A stretch of DNA of 64,000 nt. Source: Candidatus Omnitrophota bacterium (lineage in GTDB: Bacteria > Omnitrophota > Gorgyraeia > Zapsychrales > Fredricksoniimonadaceae). Under the pieces are notes generated by a model. The model was not told the origin of the DNA. It ran no database searches and saw only the letters and a list, made by a program, of their open reading frames with translations. Both the position numbers and the translations under genes were made by a program. Positions 41,779-50,705 of the stretch are shown piece after piece. Each line of letters opens with the position of its first letter. The stretch's first letter is position 1. The DNA lies in NCBI GenBank assembly GCA_903860135.1, contig CAIOPG010000006.1, positions 21,117 through 85,116 on the forward strand, read 5' to 3'.

Positions 41779-43041
41779 ATGGACAAGATTATCATTGAAG
41801 GGGGCAAGCCCCTTAAAGGGGAAGTCAGTATCAGCGGATCTAAGAATGCGACCCTGCCGATTCTGGCAGCGACGCTGTTGACCGATGAAACATGTATTTT
41901 GCGCAATGTTCCCAAACTGCTGGATACGACCACCATGATCAAACTGCTCAAGTCATTGGGCAAGGATATAGAATGGGACAAGGACAAGTTGATCATCATG
42001 TCCGCCGGGCGACCGAATCCGGTAGCGGATTACAAACTCGTTTCGACCATGAGAGGTTCCATTTGCGTGCTGGGCCCGCTGTTGACAAAGCTGGGTGAGG
42101 CGCGGGTGTCGTTGCCGGGGGGTTGTGTTATCGGGGTGCGTCCGGTGGATTTGCATATCAAGGGAGTTGAAGCGCTCGGTGCCAAAGTGGATATCGAGGC
42201 CGGTTATATCCTTGCCAGGGCCAAACGCCTCAAGGGCACGCGCGTGTATCTTGGCGGCGCTTCGGGCCCGTCGGTGCTGGGCACAGCCAACATCATGATG
42301 GCCGCGACGCTGGCCGAAGGCGAGACGATCATTGAATGTGCCGCCTGTGAACCTGAAGTGGAAGATCTCGCCAATTTCCTGAACGAAATGGGCGCGCGGA
42401 TCAAGGGGCAGGGCAGTCCGCGCATCATTATCCAGGGCGTCAGAAAATTGCATGGCGCCGACTATAAAATATCACCGGACCGTATTGAGGCCGGCACGTT
42501 TGTGTTATTGGCGGCGATGGCGCGCAGTCACTTTGTTATCCGGGATATCGAGTATCATCAGTTGATGGCTCTGGAAGATGTGTTGCAAAAAGTAGGGGTT
42601 CACGTCGAGGCCGGCAAGAACATGGTTTCCGTTAAAGCCGCGAAGGTCATCAAGCCTGTCAGTATCACGACGTATCCTTTTCCGGGTTTCCCTACGGATT
42701 TGCAGGCGCAGTACATGGCCTTGATGACCCTGGCCGACGGCGTGAGCGTTATCCGTGATACGGTTTTTCCTGACCGTTTTATGCACATTGCCGAGCTCAA
42801 TCGCATGGGGGCGCAGATCCGCCGCGAGGGCGGCAGTGCGATCATCGAGGGCGGGCATGAGCTCAGCGGGGCACCGGTCATTGCTTCCGACCTGCGCGCT
42901 TCGGCGGCGCTGGTCATGGCCGGCCTAGTGGCTAAGGGGAAAACGGAGATCCGCCGCGTGTACCACCTTGACCGCGGGTATGAGAACATTGACAAGAAAC
43001 TGGTTGCGCTCGGTGCCAGCATCAAGCGTGAAAAAGAATAG
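41779..43041 (+). CDS. murA: UDP-N-acetylglucosamine 1-carboxyvinyltransferase
   Basis: N-terminus KIIIEGGKPLKGEVSISGSKNATLPILAATLL and full-length EPT fold. Confidence 0.95.
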   Translation: MDKIIIEGGKPLKGEVSISGSKNATLPILAATLLTDETCILRNVPKLLDTTTMIKLLKSLGKDIEWDKDKLIIMSAGRPNPVADYKLVSTMRGSICVLGPLLTKLGEARVSLPGGCVIGVRPVDLHIKGVEALGAKVDIEAGYILARAKRLKGTRVYLGGASGPSVLGTANIMMAATLAEGETIIECAACEPEVEDLANFLNEMGARIKGQGSPRIIIQGVRKLHGADYKISPDRIEAGTFVLLAAMARSHFVIRDIEYHQLMALEDVLQKVGVHVEAGKNMVSVKAAKVIKPVSITTYPFPGFPTDLQAQYMALMTLADGVSVIRDTVFPDRFMHIAELNRMGAQIRREGGSAIIEGGHELSGAPVIASDLRASAALVMAGLVAKGKTEIRRVYHLDRGYENIDKKLVALGASIKREKE

Positions 43042-43086
43042 TTCAACGGTAGGGCCGGGTCTTTGAACCCGCCGGTGTGAGTCCCC

Positions 43087-43653
43087 ATGATCCTCATGAT
43101 CGACAACTACGATTCGTTCACGTACAACATCGTCCAGTATTTTGGCGAGTTGAAGGCGACAGTAAAAGTTTACCGCAATGACGCGATCACCGTCGAGGAG
43201 GTCATTCGTCTGGCGCCGGAACGTATTGTCGTATCACCCGGGCCCAGCAGCCCCGAGCATGCAGGTGTTTCCGTTGATGTTATCAGGTCGTTGGCAGGGA
43301 AATTGCCCATCCTGGGGGTTTGCCTTGGCCATCAGGCTATTGGTTATGCGTTTGGCGGCAAGATCATCAGGGCCGGCAAGCTGATGCACGGGAAGACCTC
43401 GCAGATCCGTCACGACGGTAAAGATTTGTTCAGAGGGCTTTCCAATCCGTTTGCCGCTACACGTTACCACTCGCTGGTCATAGAAGAGACAACGATCCCG
43501 GATTGTCTCGAGATCACAGCGCGTGCCGAAGATGATCATGAGATCATGGGGGTGCGCCACAAAACGCTTCCGATCTGGGGGGTGCAGTTTCATCCCGAGT
43601 CGATCCTGACCCTTGAAGGTAAAAAACTGCTCGCGAATTTCCTTGGGCTTTGA
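43087..43653 (+). CDS. trpG: Anthranilate synthase / aminodeoxychorismate synthase glutamine amidotransferase component
   Basis: Class I GATase catalytic triad: Cys in GVCLGHQ, His and Glu in GVQFHPES. Trp-gene context favours trpG over pabA. Confidence 0.8.
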   Translation: MILMIDNYDSFTYNIVQYFGELKATVKVYRNDAITVEEVIRLAPERIVVSPGPSSPEHAGVSVDVIRSLAGKLPILGVCLGHQAIGYAFGGKIIRAGKLMHGKTSQIRHDGKDLFRGLSNPFAATRYHSLVIEETTIPDCLEITARAEDDHEIMGVRHKTLPIWGVQFHPESILTLEGKKLLANFLGL

Positions 43654-43662
43654 GGGCTTGCC

Positions 43663-44676
43663 ATGCAAGACATCCTTGAAAAACTCCAGCATAAGAAAGA
43701 CCTGACGGACGTCGAGATGCGCGCGGCGATGACCGCGATCATGACCGGTTGCGTTCTTGATGCTGACATCCGCGAATTTCTTCTTGGCCTTAATGCCAAA
43801 GGGTTTACGGTCGAGGAGATCACGTCGGCGGCGGTGGTCATGCGGGAATGTGTGGTTGCCGTCGACACAGGTGCTGTGCGCGTGTTTGACATTGTCGGCA
43901 CAGGCGGTGATGCGCGCCATTCGTTCAACATTTCAACCACGGCGGCATTTGTGATTGCTGCTGGCGGGGTTAAGGTCGCCAAGCATGGCAATCGTTCAGT
44001 CTCAAGCCTTTGCGGCAGTGCGGATGTCCTTGAAGCGCTGGGCATCAACCTGGCCATGCCGCATGAGCGCCTGGCGGCATGCCTTGAAGCGGTCGGCATT
44101 GTCTTTCTTTTCGCCCAGCGGCATCATCCGGCGATGAAGCATGTCGCCCCTGTGCGTAAAGCCCTGGGGGTTAAAACCATTTTTAATATTCTTGGCCCCT
44201 TGACCAATCCGGCGTTTGCGGCCTGTCAGATGATGGGTGTTTACAGTTATCCGCTGGTTGAGCAGATGGCGCATGTCTTGAGGAATCTGGGTGCCGCGCG
44301 CGCAGTGGTGGTTCATAGCACTGACGGTCTCGACGAGATCTCGACGGCTGCGGAAACGTTCGTGAGTGAAGTGACCGACGGGACTGTGCGTTCCTACCGG
44401 ATCGTGCCTGAAACTTACGGGTTTACGCGCGCCGCAGAGGCTGATTTTAAGGGCGGCGACAAAGCTGTGAATGCGGCCATCCTGCGTGCTATACTGGCAG
44501 GGGAGCAAGGTCCTCGGAGGGATATTGTGCTGATGAATGCGGCTTTCGGCCTTTATGCGGCAGGGGTAGTTGACTCGCCGGCCGACGGACTGGAAAGGGC
44601 TAGAACCGTTATCGATAGCGGCGATGCTCTGCGCAAACTGGAACAACTGAAAGAGTTCACTAACTGTGGCTGCTGA
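43663..44676 (+). CDS. trpD: Anthranilate phosphoribosyltransferase
   Basis: Motifs DIVGTGGD and KHGNRSVSS. Confidence 0.9.
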   Translation: MQDILEKLQHKKDLTDVEMRAAMTAIMTGCVLDADIREFLLGLNAKGFTVEEITSAAVVMRECVVAVDTGAVRVFDIVGTGGDARHSFNISTTAAFVIAAGGVKVAKHGNRSVSSLCGSADVLEALGINLAMPHERLAACLEAVGIVFLFAQRHHPAMKHVAPVRKALGVKTIFNILGPLTNPAFAACQMMGVYSYPLVEQMAHVLRNLGAARAVVVHSTDGLDEISTAAETFVSEVTDGTVRSYRIVPETYGFTRAAEADFKGGDKAVNAAILRAILAGEQGPRRDIVLMNAAFGLYAAGVVDSPADGLERARTVIDSGDALRKLEQLKEFTNCGC

Positions 44677-45451
44677 TTTCCTGAAAACGATCCTCGACAA
44701 GAAACGCGCGCACAATGAGCGCAAGCGGCCGTTTTTTGACAATATCCGCAAGCATTTAGATGCGTCCAGCTACACACGGTATGGTTTGTTCCGCCAGGCT
44801 ATTGCCCGTCCGGGGGCGGTCAACTTGATCGCTGAGATCAAGAAGGCCTCTCCTTCCAAAGGCGTGATCCGTCAGGATTTTAATCCCGGCGTCCTGGCCG
44901 GTGCGTATGAAGCGGCCGGTGCCGCTGCGATCTCGGTCCTGACTGAAGAAGATTATTTCATGGGAAAGTCGGCGTACCTGAAATTGGTGAGCGAAAAGTT
45001 CAATACCCCGACGCTGATGAAAGATTTTATCATTGATGAGGGTCAGATCTACGAGGCGCGGTATTGTGGTGCAAGCGCGGCTCTGCTGATCATGGCGGCA
45101 CTTTCTGACGAAGAAGTCCGTCGTTTCTTGACCCTGGGGGAACGGTTGGATGTGGACTGCCTCGTGGAGGTTCATCATGAAGAGGAGCTTGCCCGGGCCC
45201 TTGATTGCGGGGCCGGGATCATTGGCATCAATAACCGTGATCTGCGCACGTTCACGGTGGACATTGCCGTCAGCGAACGCATGGTCGCGCGCATTCCGGC
45301 GGGTAAGGTTATTGTCTCTGAGAGCGGTATCAGCACTCACGCGCAGGTTGTCCGGCTGCAACAGGCCGGGGTGCATGCGGTGTTGATTGGAGAAACATTC
45401 TTGCGTGAGCGGGATATTGGAAAAAAGATCAAAGAAGTCATGTTCGGTTAA
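44666..45451 (+). CDS. trpC: Indole-3-glycerol phosphate synthase
   Basis: Motifs IAEIKKASPSKG and IGINNRDLRTF. Confidence 0.9.
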   Translation: MAADFLKTILDKKRAHNERKRPFFDNIRKHLDASSYTRYGLFRQAIARPGAVNLIAEIKKASPSKGVIRQDFNPGVLAGAYEAAGAAAISVLTEEDYFMGKSAYLKLVSEKFNTPTLMKDFIIDEGQIYEARYCGASAALLIMAALSDEEVRRFLTLGERLDVDCLVEVHHEEELARALDCGAGIIGINNRDLRTFTVDIAVSERMVARIPAGKVIVSESGISTHAQVVRLQQAGVHAVLIGETFLRERDIGKKIKEVMFG

Positions 45452-45496
45452 TGTTCCCCGTCCCCGTTGCGGGAAGGGTTAGAAAAGGGTGATCCA

Positions 45497-46120
45497 ATGG
45501 TCAGAATCAAGATTTGTGGTATTACGGATAAAGATGATGCTTTCAAGGCCGTCAAGTTCGGGGCCGATGCGCTGGGGTTTGTTTTTACAAAGAAAAGCCC
45601 GCGCTATGTGTCGCCGTCGCGCGCGCGCAATATCATTTCGATCCTCCCGCCGTTCATCACGATGGTGGGGGTGTTTGTGAACGAGCGTCAGGGTGCTGTC
45701 AATGACATCATTTCTTTTGCCGGACTGAATGCGGTTCAGCTGCATGGCGACGAGGATCCCCAGTATGTTAGCCGCCTGAAACGCGGCAACTGCCAGGTCA
45801 TCAAGGCCTTCAGGGTGGGGGCTGGTTTTGATTTCAGCAGCATCAATAAATATGATGTCAACGGCATCCTGTTTGATGCTTACCAGGACGATGCTTTTGG
45901 TGGTACAGGGAAAACGTTCAACTGGGAACTGCTCCGCCAGGCCGATATCAAAAAGCCGTATATTCTTTCGGGCGGATTGAACCAGGAAAATATCCTTGAG
46001 GCGGTGACGCTGTTGAAGCCGTATGCCGTGGATGTTTCCACCGGCGTAGAGGCCGAACCGGGAAAGAAAGATCATCGCAAGATGATGTCGTTCATCCAGA
46101 ATGCCAGGATAACCGTGTGA
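45497..46120 (+). CDS. trpF: Phosphoribosylanthranilate isomerase
   Basis: MVRIKICGIT N-terminus and a TIM-barrel PRAI. Confidence 0.85.
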   Translation: MVRIKICGITDKDDAFKAVKFGADALGFVFTKKSPRYVSPSRARNIISILPPFITMVGVFVNERQGAVNDIISFAGLNAVQLHGDEDPQYVSRLKRGNCQVIKAFRVGAGFDFSSINKYDVNGILFDAYQDDAFGGTGKTFNWELLRQADIKKPYILSGGLNQENILEAVTLLKPYAVDVSTGVEAEPGKKDHRKMMSFIQNARITV

Positions 46121-46149
46121 GATGAAAATCATCGTTTTTCGTCAGCCCT

Positions 46150-46178
46150 TGTTTTGTAAAAGTCCCGTATGTTATATT
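46150..46178 (+). promoter_or_regulatory. Putative extended -10 promoter (TTGTTT, 17-nt spacer, TGtTATATT)
   Basis: GTATGTTATATTTC at 46168-46180, the same motif as at the other three sites. Ends at the 5' end of the structured element. Confidence 0.3.
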
Positions 46179-46179
46179 T

Positions 46180-46351
46180 CTTATAGCCGATAAAGGTAAA
46201 CCCGGGGAAACCCGGGGACACAAAGCGACAGACCTAATGTGCGCCATCGGGTAGTTGGGTGAAGGTGTTGATGGGGTTTTGTGGTTGGCGTAAGATGGTG
46301 GCTGCGTTGCCGAAGCGCGAGGGGAGATTCCCCAGCTTTTATCGGCTATAG
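46180..46351 (+). promoter_or_regulatory. Second c-di-GMP-I (GEMM)-like structured RNA candidate, with no obvious downstream gene
   Basis: GGUAAACccgggGAAAcccgggGACACAAAGCgacagaCCUAAu...CGGGUAGuUgGG...GUUGAUGG parallels the Vc2 motif blocks. A 15-bp outer stem pairs cttatagccgataaa with tttatcggctataag. The insertion is larger than in the canonical aptamer. Confidence 0.45.
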
Positions 46352-46363
46352 TTGATCTTGAAA

Positions 46364-46394
46364 TAAAAAAGGGAGCCGTTTGGCTCCCTTTTTT
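46364..46394. terminator. Bidirectional intrinsic terminator (A-run, GC stem, T-run)
   Basis: aaaaaaGGGAGCCgtttGGCTCCCtttttt. Ends the + strand structured-RNA unit and the convergent - strand ompA/LysM gene. Confidence 0.75.
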
Positions 46395-46412
46395 GTGGTC
46401 AGGAATAATATT

Positions 46413-47423
46413 TTATTCGATCGGGATAATGATAACCGTGCCCTTTTTCAGCTTGTTGGGATTCTTGATGCGGTTCTGGTTGATCTCATAAAGATATTTC
46501 CAGCGGTTGCCGTTGCCCATCTCATTCTTGGCGATCTTCCAGAGGGAATCATTGGGCTGAATCGTGTATTCACGTGTTGAAACATTCGGAGCGGACTCCA
46601 GGTTTTCTTTCTGCTCCATCGTGAATTTGTTTGGATCCTGGTTTTCAACAACAGCATCGGCCGGGATCTGGTCGGCGGGGACATTGAATTCCTCGACTTC
46701 GGCGATCATGAACTGGGCGTTTCTGTCTTTCTGCATGCCGGCCAGATCTTTTACCGGGGCCACAGCATCGAGCTTGCCGCGGGAAACGATCTTGATGCGT
46801 TCTTCGGCGATGCCACTGCGCAACATATAACCCTTGACGGCATCACTGCGTTTCTTGCCCAGCTTGAGGTTGTATTCATCTGAACCGCGCGCATCGCAAT
46901 TGCCTGTAATAAGGATGGATGCTTCGGGATTTTTCTCGAGCGTCTTTACCGCTTTGCTCAGGATAGGGATGTGGTCATCGCGCAATTCCGCTTTGTTGTA
47001 ATCAAAGTAAATTTTGACATTCCGGATGATCTTTTTAATGAGCAGCGATGCTTTGGGAGCAGCTGCCTGGGGTTCCACCGGTTTGACTTCCTCATTGTTC
47101 TGTCCATCATTGGCTTGGTAGTCATAGATCACTTTAAGTACATAAACGTAGCCACGGTTGCCCCAGTCTTTCTTGACTGAACCAGCCTGTTTGGGCCACC
47201 ACCAGAAACCGCCGCGGGCATCCTTCACCGGAGCCGGTAAGGCATCGGTGGGCCACCAGCTGAAGCGTTGCTGAAGGACCTTTAAATCACCGTCGCGCTT
47301 TGCCTCGCGCGCCGCCTTGGTAACAAACTGCGCATGGGCGGTGGTTGGCAGTGTCAGTACGGCTGCAAAAACCGTCAGGCATACCAATAAAACATTGCGG
47401 GAAAAACTGGAACTTTTGTTCAT
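46413..47423 (-). CDS. OmpA-family protein with a C-terminal LysM domain
   Basis: Signal peptide MNKSSSFSRNVLLVCLTVFAAVLTLPTTAHA. OmpA_C motif NCDARGSDEYNLKLGKKRSDAVKGYM. LysM (YTIQPNDSLWKIA...GTVIIIP). The start is chosen at the MNKSSS codon. Confidence 0.8.
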   Translation of the reverse strand: MNKSSSFSRNVLLVCLTVFAAVLTLPTTAHAQFVTKAAREAKRDGDLKVLQQRFSWWPTDALPAPVKDARGGFWWWPKQAGSVKKDWGNRGYVYVLKVIYDYQANDGQNNEEVKPVEPQAAAPKASLLIKKIIRNVKIYFDYNKAELRDDHIPILSKAVKTLEKNPEASILITGNCDARGSDEYNLKLGKKRSDAVKGYMLRSGIAEERIKIVSRGKLDAVAPVKDLAGMQKDRNAQFMIAEVEEFNVPADQIPADAVVENQDPNKFTMEQKENLESAPNVSTREYTIQPNDSLWKIAKNEMGNGNRWKYLYEINQNRIKNPNKLKKGTVIIIPIE

Positions 47424-47524
47424 AAGAACCCCTTTGATGATATTTAAAATATAAGATAGGTTTGATAATATCATATTTTCAAGAAAGCGGAATAAAAGTT
47501 TTGGTTTTGTGGTATAAGAGGAGT

Positions 47525-48061
47525 ATGGATTTTCAACAAGCATGGGAAGAAACCCTGAAAAATACACAGATCGTGCGCCGGCGTGTTTCCTCTTTACATA
47601 CGTTCGACGATACCCGTGTGCCGTATATGTTTTTATCCCCTTCTTTAATCAACGACGGGGATACGGTTGTGCGTAAAGGGGAAGTGGTGGTGCAGAAGCC
47701 GTCGTTGATCCTTCCTCCCAATATGCCCCGTTTTGACGGTTTTGATTTCGGGCAGGAAGCGGATGCGGATCAGGGGGCGGTCGTCAGTTTTCTCATGATG
47801 CGCGGCATATCTTTCCCTTCGATGAAATACAACAATACAACGCATTCCCTTGATGTTTTTGAGGGTGGGATTGACCGTGCGGTGTCATTCTTTGCCAATC
47901 AACTTGAGCGTGAGGAAAATGTGTCCTGCGGCCTTGTCACGGGTCATGAAGAAACCTGGCCTTTTTCCATCCTTATTTTTATTTGTGCCCAGGTCGCGCG
48001 CAATAGTGAATTTGACCTTAATCGCCTGATGGACGATTATCGCCGCCATCATCCAGACTAA
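47525..48061 (+). CDS. Hypothetical cytoplasmic protein
   Basis: ORF with an AGAGGAG RBS. No recognisable motifs. Confidence 0.4.
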   Translation: MDFQQAWEETLKNTQIVRRRVSSLHTFDDTRVPYMFLSPSLINDGDTVVRKGEVVVQKPSLILPPNMPRFDGFDFGQEADADQGAVVSFLMMRGISFPSMKYNNTTHSLDVFEGGIDRAVSFFANQLEREENVSCGLVTGHEETWPFSILIFICAQVARNSEFDLNRLMDDYRRHHPD

Positions 48062-48077
48062 TTATATAGGGAGATCC

Positions 48078-50654
48078 ATGCAACGCATTCTTCAGGTGAT
48101 AATCGCTGGATGTATTCTTTTTCTGGCTTCAATAGCCGGAGCCGATGTCCAGAGTTTCACGCTCGATAACGGACTGACGGTGCTTGTTACCGAAATGCCA
48201 TCATCCCCGGTGGCGGCTGTCTATGTTTGGGTTAAGACGGGAGCCGCCAATGAAGGGCAGTTCATCGGCAGTGGGATCACGCATTTTGTGGAACACATGG
48301 TTTTCAAAGGCACAGCCCGGCGTGCGGCAGGAGTTATTCCTGAAGAGGCGCGCGCCATGGGCGGGTATATCAATGCGTCAACGGGTTATGATCATACGTC
48401 GTATATCCTGAGTGTGCCTCCAGAGAAACTGTCCGGTGCCTTTGACCTTCTTTCGGATATGGTGATGAAGCCTGCGTTCGATCCTATTGAATTGGAGCGC
48501 GAGCGTGAGGTCATTATCAAGGAAATGCGGATGCTCCGTGACAAGCCTGACCGTCGGCTCAATGAGCTGGTTTACAGCACGGTTTATCATGTTCATCCGT
48601 ATCAATTTTCGATCATCGGCAGGGAAGATGTCTTTCTTACGCTTCAATGCGCGGATCTTCAGGAATATCATCGCCAGCTTTATGTCCCCAACAACATGAT
48701 CATCGCTGTTGCCGGAGGTGTCCGGGCAGAGGAGGTCGTTGCGCTTGTTAAAAACTTCTTTGATGGTTATCCGGCGCGGTCGTTTCCGTTGAGGAATTTG
48801 CCGCAGGAGCCTGAACAGATCAGCCAAAGAACTGTTGCGGAGGCGTATCCCACAGAGTTGACGCGCGTTATGATGGCTTATCAGGGCGTCCCTTTGCTTG
48901 ACCGCGATCTTTATGCGCTTGATGTGCTGGCCATGGCGATGGGCGAGGGAGAAAGCTCCCGTCTTTATCAGGAGCTTTACAAGCAACGCCGGCTGGTCGA
49001 ATCTATATCGGCAGGCAATTACACACCGCAGGATCGCGGGTTCTTTGAGATTTCATTGATGGTCAAAGGGCAGGATCCGGCGGTGGCTGTATCTGCCGTC
49101 GAGTCTATGGTCGCGCGCGTGAAAAAACAGGGGCTTTTTCCCGATGAGCTCAACAAGGTCAAGCGGCAGGTGGTGGCGGATAATATTTATGAACGCCAGA
49201 CCGCCGAAGGGATGGCCTGGAAGTCAGCGGCGGATCTTGCGTTCACGGGAGACAAGGATTTCTCGGCGCACTACATCCAGGGGATTCGCGCGGTTACGAC
49301 GGAAGATATCAGGCGCGTGGCCGTTCGTTATTTGATACCGTCGCACCTGAATGTTGTGACCCTGAAACCTGATGTTAAAGAAGGTTCATTAAAGGTGGCT
49401 GAGGTACCGACGGCGACTGATATAGATAAGATCGTTTTGCCTAATGGGCTTGTCCTTCTTCTCAAGGAAGATCACACCCTGCCGCTGGTTTCTGTCAATG
49501 CCGTCTTTAATGGCGGGATGCGCCTAGAGACCCTCGAGAAGAATGGTTTAACGTCCTTGTTGGGTGCGGTATGGGATAAGGGGCTTCCGGGGGCGTCTGC
49601 CATGACGATCGCCAACGCCATCGAGTCGCGTGGGGCTTCTTTATCAAGCTATGCCGGGCGCAACAGCATCGGCCTTGGCATGACGTTCCTGCGCGAAGAC
49701 ATGCCATTGATGATGGGGTATTTCGAGAAGTTTATCACGGGTCCTTCTTTCCCGCCCGATGAGATCGCCAAGGCCAGGGAAGAGTTGCGGACGGCGCTGA
49801 TCGAGCGTAAGGACAATATCATGCAGATATCATCGCGCGCCCTTATAGAGGATCTTTATCAAACACATCCTTTTCGCTTAGACGGCCTTGGTTCGGCGGA
49901 AAGCCTTGGGCGCGTTGCACGGACCGATATCCTTGATGTTTTTCATCGATGCGTACGACCGGACAATGGTGTTATCGCCGTATTTGGGGATATTGACAAG
50001 GCGGCGGTCCGTCGGGATATTGAACGCCGTTTGGGCATGTTAAAGCCTGGCAAACTTGAATTACCTCTATTTACAGAGGCCCCAGGGATTGCCTTGCGGG
50101 TTCGGGATATTTCTTCGCCAAAGAACCAGGCCGCGGTGCTTTTTGGATTTCGTGGACCATGGATCGCCTCGCCAGATCGTTATGCCACCGAGGTGATGGT
50201 AAACATTCTCGGTTCTTCGCTGGGAGGCCGGATATTTAAACGGGTGCGCGATGAGCTTGGGAAGGCTTACGCGGTCAGCGGCGGGATCACCTCCGGGGTT
50301 GATGCCGGGATGATTAGTTTTTTTGCCTTGACCAGCAATGAAGGGATCCCTTTGGTAAGGGCGATCATGGAAGAAGAGTTTGCGCGTATCCGACGTGAAT
50401 CTGTGTCGGCACAGGAGCTCGCCGCGGCCAAGATCTACCTGCAAAGTGCCATGGCCAGAAGTCAGCAGGCAATCGGGGCACAGTCTGCGACGCGGGCGGG
50501 GGATGAGCTTGCAGGGCTTGGCTATGCCAATGCCGCTCACTATGCCGAGCGCATTGCCGCCGTGACGGCCAACGACGTGGTTCAGGCGGCCATGGTCTAT
50601 CTGGATATTTCCAGCGCGGCGTTAACCGTCGTCCATGCCGCTGATAAAAAGTAA
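48078..50654 (+). CDS. Secreted tandem M16-family zinc peptidase (pitrilysin-like)
   Basis: Signal peptide. Inverted zinc motif HFVEHMVFKGT (HxxEH) in the first unit. Second M16-like unit in the C-terminal half. Confidence 0.85.
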   Translation: MQRILQVIIAGCILFLASIAGADVQSFTLDNGLTVLVTEMPSSPVAAVYVWVKTGAANEGQFIGSGITHFVEHMVFKGTARRAAGVIPEEARAMGGYINASTGYDHTSYILSVPPEKLSGAFDLLSDMVMKPAFDPIELEREREVIIKEMRMLRDKPDRRLNELVYSTVYHVHPYQFSIIGREDVFLTLQCADLQEYHRQLYVPNNMIIAVAGGVRAEEVVALVKNFFDGYPARSFPLRNLPQEPEQISQRTVAEAYPTELTRVMMAYQGVPLLDRDLYALDVLAMAMGEGESSRLYQELYKQRRLVESISAGNYTPQDRGFFEISLMVKGQDPAVAVSAVESMVARVKKQGLFPDELNKVKRQVVADNIYERQTAEGMAWKSAADLAFTGDKDFSAHYIQGIRAVTTEDIRRVAVRYLIPSHLNVVTLKPDVKEGSLKVAEVPTATDIDKIVLPNGLVLLLKEDHTLPLVSVNAVFNGGMRLETLEKNGLTSLLGAVWDKGLPGASAMTIANAIESRGASLSSYAGRNSIGLGMTFLREDMPLMMGYFEKFITGPSFPPDEIAKAREELRTALIERKDNIMQISSRALIEDLYQTHPFRLDGLGSAESLGRVARTDILDVFHRCVRPDNGVIAVFGDIDKAAVRRDIERRLGMLKPGKLELPLFTEAPGIALRVRDISSPKNQAAVLFGFRGPWIASPDRYATEVMVNILGSSLGGRIFKRVRDELGKAYAVSGGITSGVDAGMISFFALTSNEGIPLVRAIMEEEFARIRRESVSAQELAAAKIYLQSAMARSQQAIGAQSATRAGDELAGLGYANAAHYAERIAAVTANDVVQAAMVYLDISSAALTVVHAADKK

Positions 50655-50705
50655 CGGAAAAAATTTTAAAATAATATTTGATAATACTAGATCGAGGGCA
50701 ATCCA

